Part shown: positions 8,170-20,000 of the stretch, piece by piece
Layout: the number at the start of each line of letters is the position of its first letter
Position numbering within the stretch: the stretch's first letter is position 1
Assembly: GCA_965116475.1 (NCBI GenBank)
Contig: OZ220691.1
Location: forward strand, 2,560,001 to 2,624,000
Length of the DNA: 64,000 nucleotides
DNA from: Gemmatimonadota bacterium
GTDB lineage: Bacteria > Gemmatimonadota > Gemmatimonadetes > Palauibacterales > Palauibacteraceae
Direction of reading: 5' to 3'
Position numbers and translations under genes: made by a program
The notes under the pieces: model-generated
What the model was told of the DNA's origin: nothing
The model's database searches: none
What the model saw: the letters and a program-made list of their open reading frames with translations, nothing else

Positions 8170-9755
8170 CCGAACAGCCCCCGGATGAACTCGAGCACCG
8201 GCAGGGAATCGAGAATCACGAGTCCGGTGCCGATGCCGGCGCCGAGCAGGTATCCGAGCCGCACAATGAGGTCGAACTCGCGCTGGCTGATGTCGCGAAC
8301 AAGGCGTTCGATCCGTTCGATGGAGAAATTCTCGATTTTCGTCGAGATACGTTCGGCGATCCGGATTCGTTCCGCCACCTCGGGCACCCGGTTGACGACC
8401 CAGTCCCACGCGGGCGCGGCGAGCGTGTCCGCAAGCCGCACCGCGGCGTCCTCGCGCAGGAAGCGCCCGAGCCGCCCGATCGGCGTGTGCAGGAGCCGGT
8501 CCGCCATCGGCTCGGCGATCGAGTCGAAGAGGACGCGTCCCGCGTCGGACCGGAATCCCGCGGCAAGCGATGCCGCCACGCGGTCGGCGGGAACGGCGCG
8601 CAGCAGGTCCGCCCAGCTCCTCTCTCCGAAACGCTCGAGCAGTCCCTCGAGCCGGTCGAGCAGGAAGGCGCGCGAGCCCGGATCCCGCGCCGCCTTCACG
8701 AGCCACTCGGCGGTGGCGTCGAGCGCGCTCTCGACCTGGGGATCGCCCGCGCCGCCGATGACCTCCGAAGGAGGGTGCCGGAGGAACTCGACGACGCCGT
8801 CGTTGACGTGCCGCGCGATCGCCGTCTGGACCTCCGGTTCGCGCAGGACGCCGCCCAGCCGGTCGGCACCCTCCTCCCGCAGCGCATCGAGCGCGTGCGT
8901 CACCGTTTCCTCCGTGACGATGAGGCGGGCCACGACGCGCTGGTGGAAGCGGAGATCCTGCATGAAACGGTCGAACAGTTCCCCGAGCACATGCTCGATC
9001 CGCCGTCGCGCGTCCGGATCGTCGAGCAGTCGGCCCAGGCGCTCGATCGCCACAGGCAGGTAGTCCTTGATCGCGTGCTCCAGCGCGGCCACGAGCCCGG
9101 CGGGAATCAGCTGCTCGAACGTCCGGTGCGGCTGGAGCAGCTGCCGCGCGGCCTCGTCCAGGTGGCGGCGCACGGTCGCCTCGAAGGCCGCCGAATCGAC
9201 AAGCCGGGCGAGCCAGCCGTCCATCGTGTCGCGGATGGCCGCGATCCGCTCCGGCTCCAGGGTCCGCGCGAGGGACTCGTCGCTCAGCGACTCGCGGATC
9301 GACTCGAGGAGGCGCCCGGATTCATCTCCGAAGTCCGGGGAATCCAGCGTCGCGGCCAGGAACTCGCGGCCCTGCCCGAGGATCCGCGTGAGGAGTTCGC
9401 GGACCTCGACGAGCGCGGCGTCCGGGAGGAGGTCGGCCAGCGCCGGTTGCTCTTCTTCGCTGAGTTCGACCGCGAGCTCTCGCAGGCGCTCCCGAAACGC
9501 GGACTCGAGTTGCCGCAGTTCGGAGGTGATGTCCTCCGGCGTGAGGAGCGCCCCCCCCACGACGCCGCCGACCGAATCCGCCAGCCGCTTCTGATTCTTC
9601 GGCACCGCCCCCTGCAACCACCGCACGGGCCGGCCCAGGACCTTCGGCGGACGATAGGGATGGAAGATCATCCAGACGGCGATCCGGTTCGTGATTCCGC
9701 CCGCCAGGGCGCCGAAGGCCACCGTGACGAGGGCGCGCAGCCAGTCGAACTCCAT
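8166..9755 (-). CDS. DUF445 family membrane-anchored protein
   Basis: N-terminal GALAGGITNRIAVWMIFHP...QGAVPK and C-terminal EFDLIVRLGYLLGAGIG; ATG at 9755. Confidence 0.85.
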   Translation of the reverse strand: MEFDWLRALVTVAFGALAGGITNRIAVWMIFHPYRPPKVLGRPVRWLQGAVPKNQKRLADSVGGVVGGALLTPEDITSELRQLESAFRERLRELAVELSEEEQPALADLLPDAALVEVRELLTRILGQGREFLAATLDSPDFGDESGRLLESIRESLSDESLARTLEPERIAAIRDTMDGWLARLVDSAAFEATVRRHLDEAARQLLQPHRTFEQLIPAGLVAALEHAIKDYLPVAIERLGRLLDDPDARRRIEHVLGELFDRFMQDLRFHQRVVARLIVTEETVTHALDALREEGADRLGGVLREPEVQTAIARHVNDGVVEFLRHPPSEVIGGAGDPQVESALDATAEWLVKAARDPGSRAFLLDRLEGLLERFGERSWADLLRAVPADRVAASLAAGFRSDAGRVLFDSIAEPMADRLLHTPIGRLGRFLREDAAVRLADTLAAPAWDWVVNRVPEVAERIRIAERISTKIENFSIERIERLVRDISQREFDLIVRLGYLLGAGIGTGLVILDSLPVLEFIRGLFG

Positions 9756-10696
9756 CAGGGAGAAGGCAGCGTGGCGACGAACCCGTTGAAGTCGAGTGCC
9801 TCCGTTCCGACGTAGACGATGGCCTCCATGCGGATGAGCGTCCCGTCGCCGGCCTCCTCGGTCGCCAGCGGCCGAAAGCTCCCGCGGACCGTCGTACCGG
9901 AGATCTCGAACCGCCAGCCGGCGGCCGATCCGTCGGCCCGACCCGGATCCGTCGGTTCGAGCGTTACGTCGCCCCAGGCCGCCTCGACTCCGTGCAGCCA
10001 GGTATGGGCGACGGCCGGCTGGCCGACCGTGCCCGCGTGGACGATGAGGCCGTTCCCGAGCGAGTCGGCGAACACGAACGTCCGGGCGTCCGTCGTCGCG
10101 ACGGGTATGCCCAGCGCACGCGCGGCACGACGAAAAAAGAGGATGCCGGGCACCACCCTGTCGCTCGTCTGCAGCGCCGCGATCCCCAGCGACTCCCGCT
10201 GCCCCGTCGGTCCCGTCCAGACCGACACCTCCTCGCCCGCCACGAGGCGCACGGAATCCGCGCCGTCGCCTCCGGGATCGCTGAACCGAAGACTCACGAC
10301 CTGGCCGGCATCGCCCACGCGCACCGCCATCGCCGGCGTGGGCAGAAGGCGCCACGCCGCGCGGGCCACGGACACCGTGTCCTGCGTCCGAACGAGCGGC
10401 CGCCAGGCGTCTCCGTCCGCGAGGCGCACGTCGTAGTCGAGGCGAAGGTCTTCGCCCTCGGCCGTCTGGTCGAACGCGCCGATGAAGGCGGTCCCGTCGT
10501 CGGCTGCGAAGAGCAGGTGCGTCAGATAGCGCGCGTCGACCGCCGGCGTGAGCGGCTCGCCGACGATTTCCCGGCGAGCCTCCGCCGTCCCGTCAGCGGG
10601 AGGTCCTGTACAGGCGAAGAGGACCAGGAGGGCGCCCGCCGCGCCGGGAGGCCAGCGGCCGATCACGTCTCCCACATCACGCCTCTTCCGGGGCAT
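9755..10696 (-). CDS. Hypothetical lipoprotein, beta-rich
   Basis: Lipobox-like LLVLFAC; stop overlaps the DUF445 start; exact start uncertain. Confidence 0.6.
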   Translation of the reverse strand: MPRKRRDVGDVIGRWPPGAAGALLVLFACTGPPADGTAEARREIVGEPLTPAVDARYLTHLLFAADDGTAFIGAFDQTAEGEDLRLDYDVRLADGDAWRPLVRTQDTVSVARAAWRLLPTPAMAVRVGDAGQVVSLRFSDPGGDGADSVRLVAGEEVSVWTGPTGQRESLGIAALQTSDRVVPGILFFRRAARALGIPVATTDARTFVFADSLGNGLIVHAGTVGQPAVAHTWLHGVEAAWGDVTLEPTDPGRADGSAAGWRFEISGTTVRGSFRPLATEEAGDGTLIRMEAIVYVGTEALDFNGFVATLPSP

Positions 10697-11129
10697 CCCG
10701 CGCGTCGGCGGGCGCGGACTCGGGCAGCCGGGCTCGCGGCCCCAGCGCCCGGTCGAGCGACTTCAGCGTGCGCCGGATCCGCCGCCGGTTCATGCCGAGA
10801 TCGAAATCTCGCCGCCGAGCGCGCGAAAACACCTCGACCCGCGTGAGCCCGTTCGCATCCAGCGCGACCCAGATCGTCAGGTCATCCACCCATCGCAGGA
10901 GCGGCACCACGCATCTCACGGAGATGAGTCCAAGGTCTTCGTCGCGGTGGGCGAGCGTCCACCACCAGCGCCGTCCCACGTACTTCAGCAGCTGGTCCCA
11001 GACCTGTGAGAAGGCGATCTCGTAGACGCGCGGCTCGGGCCCGCCCGGCGCGCGGGTGTCCGCCGAATTTTCGTGGAACCAGCGGGAGCGCCCACGGGTG
11101 CGTGCGCCCCCGGGAGATGCCTCCGTCAC
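10677..11129 (-). CDS. DUF1499-like protein
   Basis: PLLRWVDDLTIWV...RVEVFSRAR...DLGMNRRRIRR resembles DUF1499; GTG start after GAGGA (start uncertain). Confidence 0.7.
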   Translation of the reverse strand: MTEASPGGARTRGRSRWFHENSADTRAPGGPEPRVYEIAFSQVWDQLLKYVGRRWWWTLAHRDEDLGLISVRCVVPLLRWVDDLTIWVALDANGLTRVEVFSRARRRDFDLGMNRRRIRRTLKSLDRALGPRARLPESAPADARDAPEEA

Positions 11130-11264
11130 CCCGGAAGTCCTCTTTCCCCGGTTGCCCGCGTCCGCCGCGGACGGATAGCTTGGCGATCCGCGGGGCCCGG
11201 TTGGCCCGGGCTCCCGGCCCCCGCAGACAGCAGGACCACTCTCCCGAAACTCTGACGGCTCAAC

Positions 11265-12257
11265 ATGCAGGCCATAATACCGTTGGCGGGAATGGGTACA
11301 AGGGTCCGTCCCCACACCCATACCCGTCCCAAACCCTTACTCCGCGTGGCCAATCGGCCCGTGCTTTCCTACGTCGTCGAGCAACTCCGCGCCGAGGGCG
11401 TCGACGATTTCATCTGCATCACCGGGCACCTTGCGGGCCAGATCCGCGCCTTCATGGCGGAGGAGTTCCCCGGCCTCCCGGTCACGTACGTGGAGCAGGT
11501 CACTCAGCGGGGGACCGCGGACGCGATTGCGCTGGCCGAACCCCACGTGACGGGGCCCGTCCTCATCGTGTTCGTGGACACGCTCTTCGATGCCGATTTC
11601 AGCGTGCTGCACCGCTACGCGTCCGCGTCCGGCATCATCTGGGCCAAGGAGGTCGAGGACTACCAGCGGTTCGGCGTCATCGTCACCGACGAAGCGGGAA
11701 CCATGCGGCGGATCGTCGAGAAGCCGTCGGAACCGGTATCGAAGCTCGCGAACATCGGCCTCTACTACGTGAAGGATCACGAGCTGATGTTCGAGGGGGT
11801 TCGGCATGTGATGGACCGGGATTCCCACCTGGGGGAGTATTTCCTCACGGACGCGTTCCAGTACATGATCGACCGCGGCGCACGTCTCCATACGGCGGAA
11901 GTGGGCGGCTGGTTTGACTGCGGGAAGCCGGAGACGCTGCTCGAGACGAATGGGGTGATGCTCGAGCGCGGACACGGAGGGGATCCCGACCTCCCCGATT
12001 CCGTCACCGTCGACGGCGCGGTCGCGGTCGCGGCCGACGCCCTCGTCGAGACCTCCGCGGTCGGCCCCAACGTGAGCGTCGCATCCGGAAGCCGCATCCG
12101 GGGCTCGCGCCTCCGCCACACGATCGTCGGCGCGGACAGCGTCATCGAAGACTGCGATCTGATAGATTCCCTCGTCGGGGACCGCGTGACGCTTCGAGGC
12201 GTGCGCGGCAGAGTGAGCGTGGGAGACGACGGAGTCGTCGAAGGCGAGCGGATGTGA
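11265..12257 (+). CDS. Sugar-phosphate nucleotidyltransferase (glucose-1-phosphate thymidylyltransferase-like, long form)
   Basis: AIIPLAGMGTRVRP...PKPLL, VEKP, WFDCG, C-terminal hexapeptide-like repeats. Confidence 0.88.
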   Translation: MQAIIPLAGMGTRVRPHTHTRPKPLLRVANRPVLSYVVEQLRAEGVDDFICITGHLAGQIRAFMAEEFPGLPVTYVEQVTQRGTADAIALAEPHVTGPVLIVFVDTLFDADFSVLHRYASASGIIWAKEVEDYQRFGVIVTDEAGTMRRIVEKPSEPVSKLANIGLYYVKDHELMFEGVRHVMDRDSHLGEYFLTDAFQYMIDRGARLHTAEVGGWFDCGKPETLLETNGVMLERGHGGDPDLPDSVTVDGAVAVAADALVETSAVGPNVSVASGSRIRGSRLRHTIVGADSVIEDCDLIDSLVGDRVTLRGVRGRVSVGDDGVVEGERM

Positions 12258-13495
12258 GCCAGGACGAACTGATATACGACTGGAACGCGCTTCCGGGGAG
12301 CCACGACTACGCGGCGACCCGCGTCGAACTGGACGACGAGACGCTGCGCGACGGCCTCCAGAATCCGTCCGTCAAGGACCCGCCCGTCGAGAAGAAGATC
12401 GAGCTCCTCCACCTCATGGTGGATCTCGGCATCCACGCCGTCGACATCGGCCTTCCCGGCGCCGGGCCCCGCGCCTACGAAGCGTGCCTCGCGCTGGCCC
12501 GCGAGATCGTCGATGGCGGCCTCGCGATCGACGCCAACGCGGCGGCCCGCACCGTCCGGGCCGACATCGAACCCGTGGCGCGCGTCCAGCAGGCGACGGG
12601 CCTCGAGATCGAGGTCGCCACTTTCATTGGAAGCTCGCCGATCCGCCAGTACGCCGAGAACTGGGATGTCGACCAGATCCTCGCTTCGTCGCGCGACGCC
12701 ATCGGGTTCGCCGTCGGCGAGGGGCTCGATGTCATGTACGTGACGGAGGACACGACGCGGTCGCGGCCCCGGACGCTCGCCCGGCTCTTCTCGGCCGCGG
12801 TCGAGGCGGGGGCCCGGCGGATCTGTCTCGCGGACACCGTCGGCCACTCGACGCCCCACGGGGTGCGGCGGCTCGTGCGGTTCGCGAAGGACATCGTGGC
12901 CGGCACCGGAGAGTCGGTGAAGATCGACTGGCACGGCCACCGTGACCGCGGCTTCGGGCTCGCGAATGCGCTGGCGGCGATCGAGGAGGGTGTCGACCGC
13001 GTGCATGCCACCGCGCTCGGGATCGGCGAGCGGATCGGCAACGTCGAGATGGACCTGCTGCTCGTGAACCTCCACCTGCTCGGGACGCACGATCACCCGA
13101 TCGACCGGCTGTCGGACTACTGCCGCCTCACGGCGGAGATGTGCGGCGTCGAGGTGCCCCACAACTATCCCGTCATCGGGGACGACGCCTTCCGGACGGG
13201 GACCGGCGTCCACGCGGCCGCGATCATCAAGGCCATGCAGAAGGGGGACGGCTGGCTGGAGGATCGCGTTTACAGCGGCGTCCCGGCTTCGATCGTGGGG
13301 CGGAAACAGACCATCGAGATCTCTCCGGTGTCCGGTCTCAGCAACGTCCGCTTCTGGCTGAGCCAGCACGGATATGATGCGGGGGACGAAACCCTGTGCG
13401 AGGCGGTGTTCCGGCTCGCCAAGAAGTGCGATCACACGCTCTCGCAGGAGGAGATCGAAGCCGAGATCGCGGGCGTCGAGGCGGCGCGGGCATGA
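12254..13495 (+). CDS. DRE-TIM metallolyase, LeuA/homocitrate-synthase family, no C-terminal regulatory domain
   Basis: DETLRDGLQ, LADTVG, HGHRDRG and GIGERIGN motifs; 413 aa. Confidence 0.85.
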   Translation: MSQDELIYDWNALPGSHDYAATRVELDDETLRDGLQNPSVKDPPVEKKIELLHLMVDLGIHAVDIGLPGAGPRAYEACLALAREIVDGGLAIDANAAARTVRADIEPVARVQQATGLEIEVATFIGSSPIRQYAENWDVDQILASSRDAIGFAVGEGLDVMYVTEDTTRSRPRTLARLFSAAVEAGARRICLADTVGHSTPHGVRRLVRFAKDIVAGTGESVKIDWHGHRDRGFGLANALAAIEEGVDRVHATALGIGERIGNVEMDLLLVNLHLLGTHDHPIDRLSDYCRLTAEMCGVEVPHNYPVIGDDAFRTGTGVHAAAIIKAMQKGDGWLEDRVYSGVPASIVGRKQTIEISPVSGLSNVRFWLSQHGYDAGDETLCEAVFRLAKKCDHTLSQEEIEAEIAGVEAARA

Positions 13496-14102
13496 GGCGC
13501 CGGACAGCATCTTCCTGCGGGCTCGCCCTTCTCTTCGCCGGGGCCCTGGCGGCGCAGCAGCCTGCGGCCGGCGATCCGCCGACGGTGCCCGCGGGCGTGC
13601 CGGTCGTCGTCCTCCCCGTGCAGTCGGCCGTCCCGGGCGCCGACGGAGCGTGGGTCGGGGGGACGGGGAGCGCGCAGCGGACGATCGACCTCCTCAACGC
13701 CGAGATCGTGTTCGCGTTCGGGGAGGAGGAAGGGGCCGCGGGTTGGGCCCTCGCGCCCGCCGTGGAGGCTCGCCTCGCGCGCAACCCGACGCTCGGCGTC
13801 GACCCCGGGCGGCTCGCCTACAAGGGCCTGCTCGCCGCGCCGGACGCCCGGGCGCAACTCTACGAACCGCTCCACACGCAACTCCGCCAGGTGGCCGCCC
13901 TGTTCGGAGCCCGCATCGTCGTCCTGCCGCTGGCGGTGTCGTATCGGGAGAGTCGGGCCGTCCTGCGGCTCGCCGTCATCGACGTGCGGCGCAGCGCCGT
14001 CCTCTGGCACGGCGCCGTCGCGGGGGCGGCCGCCGAGGCCGCGTCGCCGTTCGCCCTCACCACGCTCGCGCTGCGCGTGGCCGATGGACTCGCACCCTCG
14101 TG

Positions 14103-14103
<1 letters not shown>
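13492..14103 (+). CDS. Hypothetical secreted protein
   Basis: ATGA overlap with the upstream gene; signal peptide-like N-terminus; stop overlaps the next start. Confidence 0.65.
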
Positions 14104-15140
<1,037 letters not shown>

Positions 15141-15159
15141 CCGGAGCGGAACGACCGGC

Positions 15160-15495
15160 ATGGAGCGCGAACGGATGGACGAGCTTCATTTCAAGGGCGT
15201 GATGTGCGGCGCCTGCGGCCAGATGTTCCCCAAGGGGGAGCTGGACGGCGACGACTGGTGCGAAGCCTGCGGGCTGCGCATGCAGCGGCGCATGCGGCGC
15301 TGGCGCCACGTGGTCGCCGCGGGCATCACGCTGCCTTTCGCCGTGTGGGTCGTGATCTGGCTCCGCACCTCCCCCGAACTCGGTTTTCTGCCCGCGTACG
15401 CGTGGGGGCTGCCGCTCGCGGCCGCGTACTATCTCGGTTTCCGCATCGGCCGCGAGGTCGTAAAGGGCTACACCCGATGGCGGCTCGGCCGCTAG
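15160..15495 (+). CDS. Small zinc-ribbon plus two-TM membrane protein
   Basis: CGAC...CEAC followed by two hydrophobic helices. Confidence 0.65.
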   Translation: MERERMDELHFKGVMCGACGQMFPKGELDGDDWCEACGLRMQRRMRRWRHVVAAGITLPFAVWVVIWLRTSPELGFLPAYAWGLPLAAAYYLGFRIGREVVKGYTRWRLGR

Positions 15496-15521
15496 CCTCC
15501 CGGCGCGGCGGCGTCCGGACC

Positions 15522-15743
15522 GTGCTGGGGCTGCCGGCCTCGGCGCTCGCCACCATGGTCGGGGTGGTTCTCGTCATCAACGCGCACGTCTACGGCTGGC
15601 CGGGCGTCGCCGCGGGCCTCCTCCTTGCCGCGGCCGGCGTCGCGCTCGGCGTCCATTGTTTCCGTTTTTCCCGCGCGGATTCGTCCGCCGTCCCTCACCC
15701 TGCAGCCACGGGCTGCCCGGAATCCGGAGAGATTCGCGAATGA
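15522..15743 (+). CDS. Possible small two-TM membrane protein
   Basis: Hydrophobic ORF filling the gap, stop overlapping the next ATG (ATGA); start uncertain. Confidence 0.35.
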   Translation: MLGLPASALATMVGVVLVINAHVYGWPGVAAGLLLAAAGVALGVHCFRFSRADSSAVPHPAATGCPESGEIRE

Positions 15744-16924
15744 CTTTCGAAGGTGTCGACTACTTCAATCTCGACGCGCTCCTCCACGAAGAGGAGATCG
15801 CCATTCGGGATCTGGTGCGCGAGTGGGTGGACCAGGAAGTCCTGCCCATCATCGGCCACCACTACATCGAACGCACGTTCCCGCGGGAACTCATCCCCCA
15901 GATGGGCGAACTCGGCTTCTTCGGGGCGAACCTCCCGGAGGAGTACGGTTGCGCGGGCCTCAACAACGTGGCCTACGGCCTCATCATGCAGGAACTCGAG
16001 CGGGCGGACTCGGGCCTCCGCTCCTTCGTCTCGGTACAGGGCGCCCTCGTCATGTACCCGATCTTCGCCTTCGGGTCGGAGGAACAGAAGCGCGAGTGGC
16101 TGCCGCGGCTGGCGAGCGGCGAGTCCATCGGCTGCTTCGGCCTCACCGAGCCCGACTTCGGCTCCAACCCCGGCGGCATGATCACGAGGGCCGTCGAGGA
16201 CGGGGACGAGTGGGTCCTCAACGGCGCCAAGATGTGGATCACGAACGGCTCGATGTCCGACGTGTCGGTGATCTGGGCCAAGACCGGCGACCTCGACGAC
16301 GCCGGCTCGATCCGCGGCTTCATCGTCGAGACGGGACGCGACGGCTTCTCTGCCAGCGACCAGAAGGGGAAGCTCTCCCTCCTCGCCTCCGACACCTCCG
16401 AACTCGTCCTGCAGGACGTGCGGGTGCCGCGCACGAACCTCCTCCCCGGCAGCGGGGGGCTCAAGAGTCCGCTCAAGTGCCTCACGCAGGCGCGCTACGG
16501 GATCTCCTGGGGAGCCGTCGGCGCCGCCATGGCCTGCTACCGCGAGTCGGTCGACTACGCGAAGAACCGCATCCAGTTCGACGGCACGCCGATCGCGCAG
16601 ACGCAGATCCAGCAGGTGCGGATCGCGGACATGCTCACGGAGATCACGAAGGCGCAGCTTCTCTGCCTCCGGCTCGGCCGAATGAAGGACGAGGGCACGA
16701 TGCGGCCGCAGCACGTCTCCCTCGCGAAGCGTAACAACGTGGACATGGCCTGCGAGTGCGCGCGCGAGTCGCGGCGCCTGCTCGGCGCGAACGGGATCCT
16801 CGCCGAATACGCCTCGATGCGGCACATGGCGAACCTGGAGTCGGTCTATACGTACGAGGGCACGCACGACATCCACTCCCTCATCCTCGGACACGACGCG
16901 ACCGGGCTCCCGGCCTACAACTGA
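15740..16924 (+). CDS. gcdH: Acyl-CoA dehydrogenase, glutaryl-CoA dehydrogenase-like
   Basis: CFGLTEPDFGSNPG, LNGAKMWITN, TYEGTHDIH and ELERADSGLRS motifs. Confidence 0.85.
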   Translation: MTFEGVDYFNLDALLHEEEIAIRDLVREWVDQEVLPIIGHHYIERTFPRELIPQMGELGFFGANLPEEYGCAGLNNVAYGLIMQELERADSGLRSFVSVQGALVMYPIFAFGSEEQKREWLPRLASGESIGCFGLTEPDFGSNPGGMITRAVEDGDEWVLNGAKMWITNGSMSDVSVIWAKTGDLDDAGSIRGFIVETGRDGFSASDQKGKLSLLASDTSELVLQDVRVPRTNLLPGSGGLKSPLKCLTQARYGISWGAVGAAMACYRESVDYAKNRIQFDGTPIAQTQIQQVRIADMLTEITKAQLLCLRLGRMKDEGTMRPQHVSLAKRNNVDMACECARESRRLLGANGILAEYASMRHMANLESVYTYEGTHDIHSLILGHDATGLPAYN

Positions 16925-17021
16925 CCGGCGGCCCGGGCGGGTCCCCCGGGGCTCTGGCCCGCGTCCGTCCGGGGCCGCACGTTTCCTCGCTCAAACGACC
17001 CGTTTCACGAGGCAGAGAGCC

Positions 17022-20000
17022 ATGTCCAACGTTCGCCGCTTCTCCATCAGTCTCGCCCTCGCGCTCGCGGCTGCCGCGCCGCTGGCGGCCCAGCAACTCA
17101 TGCCCGAGCAGTACGAGGGGCTGCGGGCGCGCCACATCGGACCCGTCGGCAACCGCGTCTCTTCGGTCGCCGGCGTCCCCGGAGACCGCAACACGTACTT
17201 CGCCGGCGCCGCCACCGGAGGGATCTGGAAGACGGACGACGCCGGCCTGCACTGGCGGCCCGTGTTCGACGACCAGCCCGTGCACTCCATCGGCGCCCTC
17301 GCCGTCGCCCCGAGCGACCACGCGGTCGTGTGGGCGGGGACCGGCGAGACCTCGATCCGCTCGAACGTCTCCATCGGGAACGGCGTCTGGAAGTCGACGG
17401 ACGGCGGCGAGAGCTGGACCCACATGGGGCTGGAGGGCACCGGCCGCGTGGGGAGGATCCTGATCCACCCCCGCGACGCCGACATCGTGTACGTGGCGGC
17501 GCTCGGCCACGCCTACGCGGAATCCGACGAGCGCGGGGTGTACCGGACCTCGGACGGCGGCGCCTCGTGGGAGAAGATCCTCTTCGTCGACCGCGGGACG
17601 GGTGCCTACGACATGGTCATGGATCCGGCCAACCCGCGGAAGATCTTCGCCACCATGTGGGACATCGATCTCAAGACGTGGAAGCGCGACAGCGGCGGGC
17701 CGGGGAGCGGGCTCCACCTCACGATGGACGGCGGCGACACGTGGACGGAACTCGAAGGGAACGGGCTTCCCACCGGCACGCTCGGCAAGATCGCCGTCTG
17801 CATGTCCCACTCGGACTCGGACCGCGTGTACGCCCTCATCGAGACGAGCGATGGCGTGCCGATGGAGGGCTACGAGACGGACACGGGCGAGCTGTGGAGC
17901 AGCGATGACGGCGGCCGCACGTGGCGCCTCGTGAACTACAGCCACGACCTCGCGACCCGGCAGGCCTACTACACGCGCTGCGGCGTCGCCTCCGACGACC
18001 GCGACGAACTCTACTTCCTCTCGTCCAGCTTCAGCGTGAGCCGCGACGGGGGCGCGACGTACGAGATGTTCAACTTCCTCGGCGGCGGCCCCCTCGGCGG
18101 AGACCCGGCGGCCCCGGGGTGGGACCTGCACGACATCTGGGTCGATCCGGAGAACTCGGACCGCGTCTTCATCGGCGGCGACAGCGGCGTCGCGATCACC
18201 GAGAACCGGATGAAGTCGTGGTCGCGCATGCAGCTGCCGATCGCGCAGATGTACCACGTCACGGTGGACAACGAGATCCCCTACAACGTGATGGGGAACC
18301 GGCAGGACGGGCCCTCCTACCACGGGCCGTCGAACACCCGCTACAGCGGTTTCTGGGCCCGCGGACTCATCCCGCGCGGCGACTGGACGACCGTGGGCGG
18401 CGGCGAGAGCGGCTTCGCGACGCCCGACCCCACCGACCCGAACATCGTGTGGTCGAGCGCCTCCGGGGCCGGCGCCGTGGGCGGCATCGTCGTGCGGCAC
18501 GACCGCGAGCGCGGCCAGTTCCGCGACGTCGAGGTGTGGCCCGAGTCGACCATGGGATACCCGGCGGAGGAGATCCGCTACCGCTTCCAGTGGACCTTCC
18601 CCCTTCTCATCTCCCCGCACGACCACGAGACGATCTACGTCACGAGCCAGCACGTGCACCGCACGCGCAACCGGGGCCAGAGCTGGGAGGTCATCAGCCC
18701 CGACCTGTCGACGAACAACCGTGAGCGGATGACGATCTCCGGCGGGCTCACGCCCGACAACATCGGCGTGGAGTTCTGCTGCGTGATCTACGCCTTCGAC
18801 GAGTCGCCCATCGAGCAGGGCGTCTTCTGGGCCGGCACGAACGACGGCCTCGTGCAGGTGAGCCGGGACGACGGCGCGACGTGGACGAACGTCACCGGGA
18901 ACATCCCCAACCTGCCTCCCGACGGCATCGTGCGGAGCATTGACGCCTCCCGCTACGACGTCGCGAAGGCCTACATCACGATCGAGCACCACCAGGTCGG
19001 CGACTTCGACGCGCGCGCCTACAAGACGGACGACTTCGGGGAGACGTGGACGCAGATCACGAACGGCGTCGACAACTACCCCGTGGACTACACCCGCTAC
19101 CTGCTCGAGGACCCGGTGCGGCCGGGCCTCCTCTACCTCGGCACCGAGACGAACGTCTACATCAGCTACGATGACGGGGAGAGCTGGCAGCTGTTCATGC
19201 CGAATCTCCCCCCGACGCCGTACTACGGGCTCATCATCCAGGAGCACTTCAACGACTTCGTGGCGGGCACCTACGGCCGCGGCTACTGGATCCTCGACGA
19301 CCTGAGCGCAGTGCAGCAGCTCACGCCCGAGATCGCGGCCTCCGACGCGCACCTGTTCGCGCCCCGCGACGCCTACCGCTTCAACGACATCTCCGAGCCG
19401 CAGATCATGTACGAGGACTGGTCCGTGGGTCAGAACCCGCCCAACGGGGCGTCGATCAACTACTGGCTCGGTGGCGGGGACGGACGCGAGGTGCAGGTGC
19501 GGGTCGAGAACTCGGACGGCGAGACGCTGGCGACGCTCGACGGCTCCAGCCACGACGGCTTCAACCGCGTGTGGTGGAACTTCCGCGGTCCCGACGCGAA
19601 GCCGATCGCGTACCGCACGAAGCCGCAGTTCGCCGACTGGATGCCGATGCCGGAAGTCTCCCGGCAGGTCGGGGGCGGCTTCTTCGGCTTCGGCGGCGGG
19701 CCGCGGCAGCCCCCGGGCACCTACACCGTGACGCTCGTCGTGGACGGCGAGGACGTGGGGTCCGAGGAACTGACGGTCCTCCGGGATCCGAGTTCCGAGG
19801 GCTCGATGGCGGATATCCTCGCCCAGAAGGCGCTGCTCGACGACATCGTGGAGGACCGGAACCGGCTCGCCGATGCCGTCAACCGGATCGAGCTCCTGCG
19901 GCGGCAGATCTACGACCTGCGGCCCGTGCTGGAAGAAGCCGGGGATGCCGGGGACGCGCTCGAGGCGGGCGAAGCGCTCGACGAGTCGCTCATCGAGGTG

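Noticed and set aside
16925..17021. Two imperfect hairpins between gcdH and the BNR-propeller gene as a riboswitch
   Set aside because: No recognisable aptamer motif; GC-rich stems of this quality are expected by chance, though one may be a weak terminator.
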